Positions 30,836 through 43,365 of a stretch of 64,000 bases of DNA are shown here, piece by piece. The DNA comes from Geosiphon pyriformis uo1 (lineage: Eukaryota; Fungi; Glomeromycota). How positions within the stretch are numbered: position 1 is the stretch's first letter; each line of letters starts with the position of its first letter. Below the pieces are notes generated by a model. The model saw only the letters and a list, made by a program, of their open reading frames with translations. It searched no databases and was not told the origin of the DNA. Location: positions 1 through 64,000 of the forward strand of contig JAAOMT010000097.1 of assembly GCA_016748015.1 (NCBI GenBank). The letters are read 5' to 3'. Both the position numbers and the translations under genes were made by a program.

Positions 30836-31089
30836 GGCTAAAAGTTTATATTAAAAAAGTCTGTTACAATGTGAGGATTTTGTATGGATTATAGCAAGTT
30901 ACGAGGTTGTTAGCTTGGGAGAAATTCTTTCTTGGGAACTAATCAAATATTCACGTGAACCAATTGCTGATCTACCAACAAGATATGGAAAAATATGAAT
31001 CTACTAAGATTGCGGTAAAAATGTGGCTGAGCCCTAAAAACATTTTCTCGCGTATTAACTAATAGTTTTTTTTAAAACTTGTCTTTGAA

Positions 31090-32060
31090 ATGCCGACTTC
31101 AAAGCAAGAAACCCAACGGCAAGTCGTATTACATTTTTGGAAGCAAGTAATATGAAAGGCGAAAGAAATACAGAATAAAACGAATATACCCCTTTCTACA
31201 ATCTATAATATCCTCAAAAAACTCAAAAAAAAAAAAAAAGAACAATAAAGCATGTGAGTGGTAATGGTCGGCCAAGAAAGATTACGCGAAATTCTTCGAA
31301 AGTATTAGGGCAGATTATTCGTAGAGATTCCTCAGTTTCGTCTAGATATTTAGCAATAAAGTTGGCTAAGAAAGGAATAAATGTTTCTCATGTTACTATT
31401 CAAAACCATTTATCCAATCTTAATTATAAAAAAAGTCTTCCTAGAGCAACTCCAATGCTGACTGAAGAGCATAAGCGAAAACGTGTAGAATGGGCCAAAA
31501 AACACCTGAACGACGATTGGAAAAGAACAGTTTTTACTGACGAAACATCTTTTCAACTTTTTCAAAACACGGTAAAACGTTGGCATTAAGGTACTCAACC
31601 AATTCGTCCTATGCCTAAAGATCGTACAAAAATTCTCGTGTGGGGAGGTTTCTACGAAAAAGGAAAGACTAGTTTATTCTGTTTTGTTCAAATAATGAAT
31701 GCTCAATTTTATATAGATATTTTTCGTAACTGCTTACCTGAAATTAGAGCAATGCTGGGGGATAATTGGCGATTCCAACAAGATAATGACCCCAAGCATA
31801 CTAGCAAGCTTGCCAAAGAGTTTATTGCTGAAAATACAACTGATTTGTTGGGGTGGCCATCTAATAGTCCCGACTTAATAGAAAACCTTTGGGCTATTGT
31901 TAAAAAGAATGTAGAAAAAAGAATGCCTCAAAATCGTAGTGAATTAGAGATTTATGGGGGAAGAGTGGCAAGATATTATTCCTGAATCTACCTTAATTGG
32001 GTTAGTAGGATCAATGAAGCGGCGTTGTGAAATGATAATTGAGACAGAATTTCCTATTAA
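31090..32060 (+). mobile_element. Decayed Tc1/mariner (DD34E-type) transposase
   Basis: HTH (IPLSTIYNIL), GRPRK, FTDET, VWG, FQQDNDPKH, WPSNSPDL--IENLW (NP deleted); frameshifts at the poly(A) near 31225 and at about 31587. TIRs were not confidently found. Confidence 0.9.
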
Positions 32061-32797
32061 TTTTTTTTAATAAAATTATATGGTATTTGACTTTTTAATA
32101 AAAGTTGTTTTATGTAATTTGGTACATTAGTTAAGACATAGTAATTATTTTTATATTTCCAATTTTTTTCTTACCAGACTTTACATGTTAAAATTAAAAA
32201 GATATATTGCAACTAATTGTTTAATAAATCGAATTAAATAAAATTGTTATTTTTATATATTAATGAGTTTTGAAAATTATTTTTACAATTTAAAATTTAA
32301 TTATTGTGTAAATTTTTACATTTGTTTATTTCAAGTTTAACCAGTAATAAAATAATTAATGTTGAAAATTCATGATTTATGTTTATAGTTGTCTTTTGTA
32401 ACTAAAATAGATAGTAAAAAAATCTTATTTTGTTAAAACAAAATAATAATAATATTATTATTATTATTATTGTTGTTGTTGTTATTGTTGTTTTTGTTGT
32501 TATTGTTGTTGTTTAAAACTATAAAAAAACAATTATTTATAACAAAAACAAAATTGAATATTAAAATTAATATTAATAATACAAATTGATAATAAATTAG
32601 CAATATAAAAAAATTAAAACTTTAAATTTCAAAAAAAACAAGGTTTAATAATAAATAATTCAACAATTTTAAAAAAATTAGATGTTTTTAATATAAAAAA
32701 ATTGGTGGTTGTTTTTTGGCTATTTTTTTTAATTATTTAAAAAATATTAATAAAATAACTTAAACAAATAATAAATTTATTACTAATTTATTATTAT

Positions 32798-32831
<34 letters not shown>

Positions 32832-33159
32832 TTAAAACTAATTTTAATGTGTTTTTTTAAAATAAACTTTTAGCCAAAAACAAAAAAAGTGCATTTAAAT
32901 TAATCAAAAAAGTTTTACCAATATTTTATTTAATTACTTTTACAATTAAAAAAATCTTTAAATTGTAATTTTTTCAAAATTAAAAAAAAAGTAATAATTG
33001 CTTTAATTTTACTTTTAATTCTTATTATTATAATATTAAAATTTATAAATAAAATTTGTTACAATTTATAAAAAATACAAATTATAATAAATTTTTTAAT
33101 CCTAAATTTCAATTGTATTTTTTGTTTTACTATATTAAATAACTTTTTGTTTTTTTAAT

Positions 33160-35400
33160 TTTATAATTACAATTAGAGCAAAAAGTAAAAAAGCTGTACC
33201 TAATATTTTTTCTAAAGTATTTAATAAAATTTTAATTAAAGAAGCTTTTTTTGTTGTAAAAACTATTAAACAGAATGTTTTAGAAGCATTTCTTTTACCT
33301 AATAATTATAAAAAACTGTTTTTAATAGTTACTAAAGCATTTTTTTTATCTTTGACTGGTTTTTTACCAATTAAAATTCTTTTCAAAAAACACATTTGGG
33401 TTAGTTTTAGTGTTGTTTCTACTCTATTTAAGAATTCAAACATTTTTAATAACAGACTAATTAACAAATTGATTTTTTTATATAATTTTTATACTTAGTA
33501 TTACTAACATTATTTCTTTAAAAAATATGATCAAAAAGACCAAAGATTCAAAAAACTGGAGACAATTGTTTACTTCTGCTATTATTATTCTAAACTTTTT
33601 TATGGTTTCTAATAAAATCTTAGATAAGTTTTTTGTTATATCATCTAGCATATTATTTAAAATAGGCCAAAATTAATCACTAATTGTATTGTTAAATATG
33701 ATGTTTTCTAACAGATCATTGCCAATTTTAAAGCAACCATTTTCTGTGAAATTATTTGTTCTTGAAAACTGGACTAACCAAATAGAAACTGAATCATTTT
33801 TTTTGCTGGTTTCTGGTATTGCTACTGATAGTACTTGGAAAACTATTTCTAATTATCAAAAATTTGTTGAATAAGTGGTTTTTATTCTGATGCTATTTTT
33901 AAGATCAAATTGGCTTATTTTAAGACTGTTTTTTAGTTTATACATGGTTTTTTGAATTCAAAGTCAATATCAAAAAAAATATAAAGCTTTTTTACATAAA
34001 GTTTGCTTTTTAAAAGTCTTTAGAAACTATTTTTTTGGTTAAGCTTACAAGTTCTGTTTGTTTAATTATTCTTAAAATTGTCAAGTTTTTAATAAGTTTT
34101 GATTTTAATTTTTTTTCTGTTGTTATTGTACTATATAATATGTTTTTAAATATATCTGCTACTAATATCAAGACAGCTCTCAATGTGTTTAGTGAAATTA
34201 TTTATGTTATCTTGAAGTTTGTTGGCATTTGATAATATGTGGTTGTTCATTTTGAGAAACTGGATTTTGCTGTTTCTGTTTTAAATTATTGGTTAGTTTT
34301 GGTGAGTAAAAATAGTATTAAAATTCTCTTTTTGATAAATCAAAATAAGATTATTTTGTCTTATAATAGATTTAAGACCAAGTTGGTTAACTTTTTCTTT
34401 GGCTATAATGCTTTTAAAATTAATAATATAATTTCTTAAGTTGGTGGTTGAACGTGTTTTATTCTATACTTTTTTAATTTTAGTTATTATTTTTAGTTTG
34501 CTTTGGTTACATTTGGATCTTAAGTTAATTTAAATACTAGTATTGTTAAAACTAGTATACTAAAAAAGTATTATTTAGTAGGAAATTTCTGGTTGTTAAT
34601 ATTGTTTTAAATATCAAAAAATAAGCCATTTGGCTGTAGACTATAAGATTTTTTTATATTTTTTTTCCAAGACTTCCAAAATATTTGTTCTATGTTTTAT
34701 AAATACAAAATCTTATACTAAAATATCTGTTTTTCTGAACTTTTTTGTATTTATTTTATTAATAACCTATATTTTTTTTTGAGATTAAAGATAATTCTTT
34801 AATTTTGTCTTGGCTAGTGTTTTTGAAATTTGATTTGACCAAGTTGTCAATTTTGGTTAGATCTATTATTAAGCCTATTAGCACATTGATAACTACTTTT
34901 AAACAATTTTTTAAGAGTAATTTTGTATTAAACAACAAACTTAGAAATAAGATTAATAAACTTATAGTGTATTTGAATGTTTTTAGCAAATCTGTTGGTA
35001 AGCTAAAAAGAAAGGTGATATTAAAAACAGATTATAGGATAGAAAATATTGATATGTTTAGTAATTTTGAAGTTTTAATTAAAGTAAATAATAAAATATT
35101 TGGTAAGTTAATAGCACTTTAAGAATTCAAATCTTTTAAAGTTAAGTTCAGTTTTATAAAAACAGCTAAGTAACTTGTTAGATTAGTTCCTAATAGTCTT
35201 ACTTTATTTGATATTGTTTAAAAGATATCTACTTTAGACAAGTTTTCTTGTAAAATATTAATATAGTATAGTCTGAACTGGTTTAAGTAATTGGTTATAT
35301 GTAGAAAGTACATGAACTACACTTAGTTTAGAATACTTAATTTGTTCCAAAGTACTAAGTAGTGATTGGGCCATATTTGTTAAACTTTAATAATAATAAA
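33160..35400 (+). mobile_element. Family E ORF1-only element
   Basis: GI*xYVVVHF...YWLVLVSKNSIKI is homologous to LINE ORF1; decayed CCHC knuckle at about 34603; LINE-type tail AGTGATTGGGCC and A-rich end. Confidence 0.8.
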
Positions 35401-35561
35401 ATATATTAAATAATTTATTATTTGAAATTTTTAAATTTTTCAAAAATTATATAAAAAATAATAATTTACAAGATAATTAAAAATATTATTATTTGTTTAA
35501 TTTAAAATATATACATTTTTAATTTTAATGTTTTTAATAGAATTTTTAGTTTTACAATGGA

Positions 35562-35597
35562 GTCTTGATCGACTCGGGTGGCTGGTCACGTGTATAA
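35562..35597 (+). repeat. Isolated, CpG-intact fragment of the LINE 3' tail stem-loop
   Basis: TTGATCGACTCGGGTGGCTGGTCACGTGTA versus LINE TTAATTGGCCCGAGTGGCTGGTCACATGTA (17759-17788). Confidence 0.8.
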
Positions 35598-35734
35598 ATA
35601 GCTTATTATATATAATAAAGCATCTTAATAATATTAAATTGTAAGAATAAAAAATACAAATGACTCTTTAATTGTTTATGATTTGAAAGCTATGTAGAAA
35701 CTTAAATGTGAAACTTTGATATATAATTATGAAC

Positions 35735-36811
35735 TCATTCTATTAAATTTCCTTCATCTAAGGTTTTTTGACAATCTTTTACGAGTATTTTGCTTTTTAA
35801 TCCCCTTTCTCTAATATAATCAATAGCGGAATAAGGAGGTTGATATCTGCTACAATTCAATTTTTTCTTGTTAACGTGTAACAATATTTTATTATTTCGG
35901 CCAAAAATATATGGCCTTTTCATAAACCCAATAATCTAAATTTACAAAATCCGGCTAATCACAATAAGAAAACTATTTTCAATAGATTCTTTAGAATGCC
36001 ACTTGGAATTTCCAATTCAACTGGTCTCCTTTTTCCAAAATAGAAGATTTTTAAATGCTCGAGTTAGGTGCTAGGAAGGAGAAAAAAATTGTTTTTCTAT
36101 GAAACTCAAGTTTTGAATTTATTTTTTTCAATTATTGAAATCCAAAAAGAAACATTAAGTGAATTATGGGTAAGAAAAGATCTAAAAATTACACTTTAAA
36201 AAATACATATTCAATCCTGGGAAATATAAAATCCCATTGTCTCAAGGTTTCAAACCAGCCAAGGCTATCTAATTTTTGACCGCTTTTGATAACCAAGCAC
36301 CAAATTATTCGCGTTTTGATTCTCATTGAACGCGTCAATCGATAAAGAATACTCATACTGGACCAATCTTTCTTCCTCGTGTTCATTCTTAAACAGTCTG
36401 TAAAAGTTTACCTGAACAACGTGGATTTTTTGCCATTGTTTAACCTCCATTAAATCTTCGTGTTGGTGTTGTTGGACCTCTTCAACAGCTAGCATTTGTC
36501 GCTCCTTTCTGGAATCCTAACCGAGTATTTAGGAATTCTTGTGACGCTTGCTGTACTTGAGAATTTTCGGCTCGTTGAATATCATCCATCTGGGCATGTT
36601 GCTTATGAATCACCTGGACTTCTTCTACTTGTACGAAGAAGAAATTAAAGAGAATCCGTGGTTTGATATTCATAATATCGTTGAACTTCCCACCAATCTT
36701 CACTTTCAACCTTTGTATTTTGATGACGTTGCCCGTTGATTGTTCAATGTAATTCCACCATTACCAATACGATTATCTTCGTTCAGGCGAGGTTTAAAAA
36801 AAAAGTGCCAT
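35735..36811 (-). pseudogene. Possible multi-exon gene or pseudogene of unknown function
   Basis: CpG-retaining island. The ATG at 36811 gives MALFF* but one fewer T gives MALFFKPRLNED...; Q/E-rich segments (VEEVQ twice) sit in different frames; AG-preceded ORF pieces at about 36070 and 35935. Confidence 0.3.
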
Positions 36812-38501
36812 GAATACTGGCAGCAGCTGGATCTCATCTTGAAATTTAAGGGGTATCTAGTGAAAGGTGATTGGTGAAAATAAAAAGAGAGAAAAAAGTA
36901 TCGTTAAAAGAGCGATGAAGCCGAGGTGTTTAAATCGAAGGGAAATGGTAGAGGTAATGATTTTTCATTAACTTTTTTTTGGTATTATTATGAATAATTA
37001 CGGGATATCGCATTAAGAGATTAAATAGGGATATATATATAAATTAGAAGGTGGTAAAGATGACCCTTGGGATCTCTCGATTTAAACCAATTAACCACTG
37101 AAAGATTCATGACATTAAAAGGATACCATAAAGCCATTTAATCAAAAGAAACAAATATAGATATTTGTTAATTTCTTTGGTATTTTAGATCAATCAATCA
37201 ATCAGAGTTATCAATAAAATAAAAATTCATCCTTTTTTAAAAGTTCCCTTTGTTTTCTAACGTGCAACAAGACTAATATCTCCGTAAAAGGATTAGTTTT
37301 TAATTGAGCCTTTGAATTTATTCCTTAAACGCGAAAGAAATTTCTCTCGAAAAGATTCTCTTTGAAAATCGGAGTAATTTTCTTCGGAAAGGAATTTTAC
37401 TAATTACGGGAAATACTCCGGTTTCATGATGCACAGACTACCTGTATTACATCCAAGCTGATTTTCTCATGATGCAATGACATCTTGATTTTTTTAATTA
37501 GGATATTGGCTAACTTGAATAATTAGATTATCCCCATCGCGTTTATACAAACTGGTCGAACAACGTAGAGTAATGGAGCTAGTTATTGTATTATCATTAC
37601 CCGCATGTTAATGATCTGGTTTCAAAAATTTTACGCTAAAAGGATTAGTTTGTAAGTTGACGCATTGAGGAAACAATAGGGCCCGAGTTTACCCTTGAAT
37701 CTGCGTCTTGCAAGTTAGAGAGAATTTGTTGTTTTTGATCAAATTAGTCACATTAATAAATTTTATCAATAATACCAAAAAAATCTTGATTCTTAAAAGA
37801 ATTTAATATAATTTAATATAATTTTTTGGTTATGAAAATAAAATAAATAATTTTTTATCTTCAAAAATGAAGATATTACAATAATTATTTAACTGCTGTT
37901 AATTATAATTGGTATAATTATCTGTAATTTTATTATAAAAATTTTATATGTAAAAACTTGAAATATTCTCATCAGTTTTTAATTTGTATTTAATTAAATC
38001 TTAAAATGGTTTAATCGTCACAAATTAAAAGTTATATTATAAATAGAAAATATAATAACGTTTTAATTTAAAATATATATGATTATTTAATTTAAGAATA
38101 TCACAATAATTTAAATTAAAAATATTATAATTGTATATATAATTAAGATATAAAAATAGATTAACTAAAAAATATAATAATAATAACATAAATAAAAAAT
38201 TTATCAATGAGCAATTGAAACCAGCGATCACCATCAAAGTTAATAACAAACATAGTCAGCCTTTGCGTTCTAAACGATCTTGACCCGTTTAAGCAATGTA
38301 AATGTGGGAATGAAATAGGCGTCTATTTTCAGAACTTTCTAGCGTTTCAGATTTCTTTGAGGCCTAGCCTTTTCGGGAATGTGATTATAGTCGGTGAGAG
38401 ATTAAAATCCTTATTTATTAACAAGACGAGCTTTTTAGAACCCTTCTTTATCCATCCAAAATATTGGAAGTTTGTTAATCTATTTGTGTTGCTTGAAAAT
38501 T

Positions 38502-41500
38502 ATGTCTTCAACCTCATCAACTGAAAACGCGACTTCAACCCTCAACTGGCTTGAAGGAGCATTGATTGTCATCAAAGAAAATTTGGCCATTTTTCCAGCC
38601 AGTGAATATTCAAAAGTTGCTGACTTGGTGAAAAATTATCTTAAGCGCAATCAGAAAAAACCTGAAGATTTATTCAACTGCTTGAATAATAGAAGTTCAA
38701 AGCGTCCGATAGATTATATTTTGCTCGGTTTTTCTTTAGAACATGGGATTGGAACCATGCCTAATTTAAGAAAAGCTTTTTTAGAATTTCAGAAAGCAGC
38801 GAATGCAGACAATTCTTTTGGACAATTCTTCTTAGGACGTTGCTATAATAATGCAATGGGTACTAAACAAGATCGAGAAAAAGCATTTGAACTTTATTTA
38901 AAAGCAGCAGAGGCGGGAAATATAAGTGCACAAAACAGTCTTGCACTTTGTTATCGAAATGGATGGGGAACAACGAAAAATTTAGAAAAAGCGTATGAAC
39001 ATTTTTCAAAAGCAGCAGAGGCGGGAAATTTAGATACACAATACAATCTTGCACTTTGTTATGACAATGGAAGGGGAACAGCGAAAAATGAAAAAAAAGC
39101 ATTTGAATTTTATTCAAAAGCAGCGGAGGCGGGACATACAATGGCACAATTCAAGCTTGCACTTTTTTATCGAAATGGAAGGGGAACAACGAAAAATGAA
39201 AAAAAAGCATTTGAATTTTGTTCAAAAGCAGCAGAAGCGGGAAATTTAACTGCACAATTCAATCTTGCAATATGTTATTTTAATGGAGAAGGAACAACGA
39301 AAAATTTAGAAAAAGCGTATGAACATTTTTCAAAAGCAGCAGAGGCGGGACATACAATGGCACAAAACAATCTTGCAGCTTGTTATCAAAATGGATGGGG
39401 AACAACGAAAAATGAGGAAAAAGCATTTGAATTTTATTCAAAAGCAGCGGAGGCGGGACATACAATGGCACAATACAATCTTGCACTTTGTTATCAAAAT
39501 GGAAGGGGAACAACGAAAAATTTAGAAAAAGCATTTGAATTTTATTCAAAAGCAGCAGAGGCGGGAATTTCAGATGCACAAAACAATCTTGCAGTTTGTT
39601 ATGAAAATGGATGGGGAACAACGAAAAATGAGGAAAAAGCATTTGAATTTTATTCAAAAGCAGCAGAGGCGGGAAATACAATGCACAAAACAATCTTGCA
39701 GTTTGTTATGAAAATGGATGGGGAACAACGAAAAATGAGGAAAAAGCATTTGAATTTTATTCAAAAGCAGCGGAGGCGGGACATACAATGGCACAATACA
39801 ATCTTGCACTTTGTTATCAAAATGGAAGGGGAACAACGAAAAATGAGGAAAAAGCATATGAAAAATTTTCAAAAGCAGCAGAAGCGGGAAATTTAACTGC
39901 ACAAATCAATCTTGCAATATGTTATTTAAATGGAGAAGGAACAACGAAAAATTTAGAAAAAGCATATGAACATTTTTCAAAAGCAGCAGAGGCGGGAAAT
40001 TCAGATGTACGATACAATCTTGCACTTTGTTATGATAATGGATGGGGAACAACGAAAAATGAAAAAAAAGCATTTGAATTTTATTCAAAAGCAGCAGAGG
40101 CGGGACATACAATGGCACAATACAATCTTGCAGTTTGTTATCAAAATGGAAGGGGAACAACGAAAAAAGAGGAAAAAGCATTTGAATTTTATTCAAAAGC
40201 AGCGGAGGCGGGACATACAATGGCACAATACAATCTTGCACTTTGTTATCAAAATGGATGGGGAACAACGAAAAATGAGGAAAAAGCATTTGAATTTTAT
40301 TCAAAAGCAGCGGAGGCGGGACAAACAATGGCACAAAACAATCTTGCACTTTGTTATCAAAATGGATGGGGAACAACGAAAAATGAGGAAAAGGCATTTG
40401 AACTTTATTCAAAAGCAGCAGAGGCGGGTAATACAAACGCACAATTCAATATTGCACATTGTTATGACAATGGATGGGGAACAACGAAAAATGAAAAAAA
40501 AGCATTTGAATTTTATTCAAAAGCAGCGGAGGCGGGACAAACAATGGCACAATGCAATCTTGCACTTTATTATCGAAATGGATGGATAACAACGAAAAAT
40601 GAGGAAAAAGCATTTGAACTTTATTTAAAAGCAGCAGAGGCGGGAAATATAAGTGCACAAAACAGTCTTGCACTTTATTATCGAAATGGATGGGGAACAA
40701 CGAAAAATGAGGAAAAGGCATTTGAAATTTATTCAAAAGCAGCAGAGGCGGGAAATTCAGATGCACAATCCAATCTTGCACTTTGTTATGATAATGGATG
40801 GGGAACAGCGAAAAATGAAAAAAAAGCATTTGAATTTTATTCAAAAGCAGCAGAGGCGGGAAATTTAACTTCACAATATATGCTTTCACTTTATTATCGG
40901 GGAATAACGAAAAATGAGGAAAAGGCATTTGAAATTTATTCAAAAGCAGCAGAAGCGGGAGATACAATGGCACAATTCAATCTTGCACTTTGTTATGATA
41001 ATGGATGGGGAACAACGAAAAATGAGGAAAAAGCATTTGAATTTTATTCAAAATCAACAGAGGCGGGAGATTTAACTTCACAATATATGCTTTCACTTTA
41101 TTATCGAAATGGATGGAGAACAGCGAAAAATGAAAAAAAAGCATTTGAAATTTATTCAAAAGCAGCAGAGGCGGGACATACAATGGCACAATTCATTCTT
41201 GCACTTTGTTACGATAATGGATGGGGAGCAACGAAAAATGAGGAAAAAGCATTTGAATTTTATTCAAAAGCAGCGGAGGCGGGACATACAATGGCACAAT
41301 ACAATCTTGCACTTTGTTATCGAAATGGAAGGGGAACAACGAAAAATGAGGAAAAAGCATTTGAATTTTGTTCAAAAGCAGCAGAAGCGGGAAATTTAAC
41401 TGCACAATTCAATTTTGCAATATGTTATTTAAATGGAGAAGGAACAACGAAAAATTTAGAAAAAGCATATGAACATTTTTCAAAAGCAGCAGAGGCGGGA

Positions 41501-43365
41501 AATTCAGATCTCCAACTTAATCTTGCACTTTATAATGGAAAGAAATTGGAGCCAACAGAAGATCTGCAAGAAGTAGGAAATCCGAGTCCACAAACTAATA
41601 GTAAAACATATCATGGAAATGGATGGGAAACAACGAAAAATTTAGAAAAAACATTTGAATTCTATTTAAAAGCATTAGAGGGGGGAAATAAAAATGCACA
41701 ATGCAACCTTGGATGGTGTTATCAAAATGGATGGGGAACGACAAAAAATCTGGAAAAAGCATTTGAACTCTATTTCAAAGCAGCAGAGGCAAATAACTTA
41801 AGTTATCAAAGTGATTTGATTGCCCTTGACCTCACTCTACAGAATCAAAATGACTTCGAACGTTTCATTTTGCAATTTCTAAATCGAGGTTTAAAATATT
41901 CGGATAATTCTAAAGGAGAATTTCTAGATTTTGAAGCTTTTTCTGACCAGCTTTCAGATGAATTCAAGTGTTTTAAATGTGGAAATTTGTACATAATTAT
42001 TGCTGGATCTCCTACATGTCTATTTTGTGATACTAAAGAAAGTGATAACGATATATTTAAAGCTGGCATGCCGAAATGTCCAGAATGCTATCGCACATTA
42101 AAAGATCCACTTTGGTGTACATCTTGTGAATCATTACGATTTTTAAAGATTGAGGAAACATGGCATAGTGAAAGTTACAATATTGATTACTTTATAATAC
42201 ATGCGCAGATATCTTCTAAAAGCTCCAGGCAATGTTTGGAATGGATTTCTTCCGATGAGATCACATTTTTAGATGAGGTGGGAACGGGAGGATTTGGTAT
42301 TATTAAAGAAGGCAGATGGAAGAGAGGGAAAATTCTTTTTTGGGACAAGAAAAATCAAAAGTATGAACGAAGTGGGATTACGAGAGTTGCTTTGAAATAT
42401 CTTAAAAATAGCAAAAATATAGAATGTGTTAATTCTATTGAGGTAATTCGTTTAAAAAAAAATTCTGATTTTTATTATTCCCATTTCTTTTTTTTTCTAA
42501 CACTAGAAAACGCATTGAAATAGTTTGTTGCCCATCTTACCTGTGCCTCTTGTAAATATATCCTTGAATGCTATGGAATCACAAAAGACGTTACAACCAA
42601 TGAATTTGTTATGGTTTTACCATTTGCAGAACATGGAGACCTTAGAGCCTTTCTCAAGGTGAAGGAAGACACTCTTACTTGGGACATGTTTCTTCGTATT
42701 CTTTTTCAAATCGCTGGTGGCTTAGGATTTATACATGGCTCAAATCTTGTGCATAGAGACTTGCATCCTGGGAATATCCTTGTTTTGAAATCAAATCCTT
42801 TAAAAGTTGCCATTGCTGATCTTGGATTATGTCGTCCTGGCAATCAGGTTCCGCAGTATGACGAAATTTTTGGTGTTGTTCGATACTTAGCACCTGAAAT
42901 TTGTAACTTGTCGCCTCATACCAAGTACAGCGACATTTATAGTTGTGCCATGATTTCCTGGGAAATTATTTCAGGAAAAAGACCGTGGAATCATATTGTA
43001 GATCCTATGTCTATTCAATTATATACAATTCAGGGAAAGCGCCTCCCAATCCAAAAGTATACACCTCAATGTATTCAGGAAATGATTGAAAAAAATTGGG
43101 ATGATAAACCGCATTCCCGTGATAGTGCAGAAAAACTGCAACAAAGAGTTATTGCTGCTCGCGACAATTGCAACTTAAACGAATTAGTCCTTAAAAAAAG
43201 ACTTAATCACAAAAAGATAGAAGTTGCTAACCATAATAAGAGTCAAAAAATCGCAAGCCTTACAATTTCTCAAAATGGTAAGCTTATCATTTATTATTAT
43301 TTAATCTGAGAATTCTTTTAAAATAAAGGCCTTTTTTTTTAGAGTTGGATTTGGCGTTTGGTTGA
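38502..43365 (+). CDS. Sel1-like-repeat / Cys-rich / TKL-type protein kinase (exons 38502-42442, 42524-43277, 43343-43365; one -1 frameshift at about 39682)
   Basis: About 28 Sel1 repeats; CFKC/CLFC/CPEC/WCTSC region; GTGGFG, VALK, HRDLHPGN, IADLG, YLAPE, SDIYS. The GT-AG introns restore the frame. Confidence 0.88.
38713..41800 (+). repeat. Tandem array of about 28 x 108-bp (36-aa) Sel1 repeats
   Basis: AAAGCAGC(A/G)GAGGCGGG recurs every 108 bp; one unit is 9 bp short (about 40900). Confidence 0.95.

Noticed and set aside
30850-32185. Tc1 TIRs (AAAGTCTGTTA versus the reverse complement of TACCAGACTTT)
   Set aside because: Only about 10 of 11 bp match in AT-rich DNA, and the element would then include the TOM5 promoter; not convincing.
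38863-41405. Antisense and alternative-frame ORFs over the Sel1 array
   Set aside because: Shadows of a stop-poor periodic sequence.
38880-41520. CRISPR array or diversity-generating retroelement (AAC>NNC codons)
   Set aside because: These are in-frame coding repeats with no spacers, no separate template repeat and no DGR-type RT; the nearby RTs are LINE or Gypsy.
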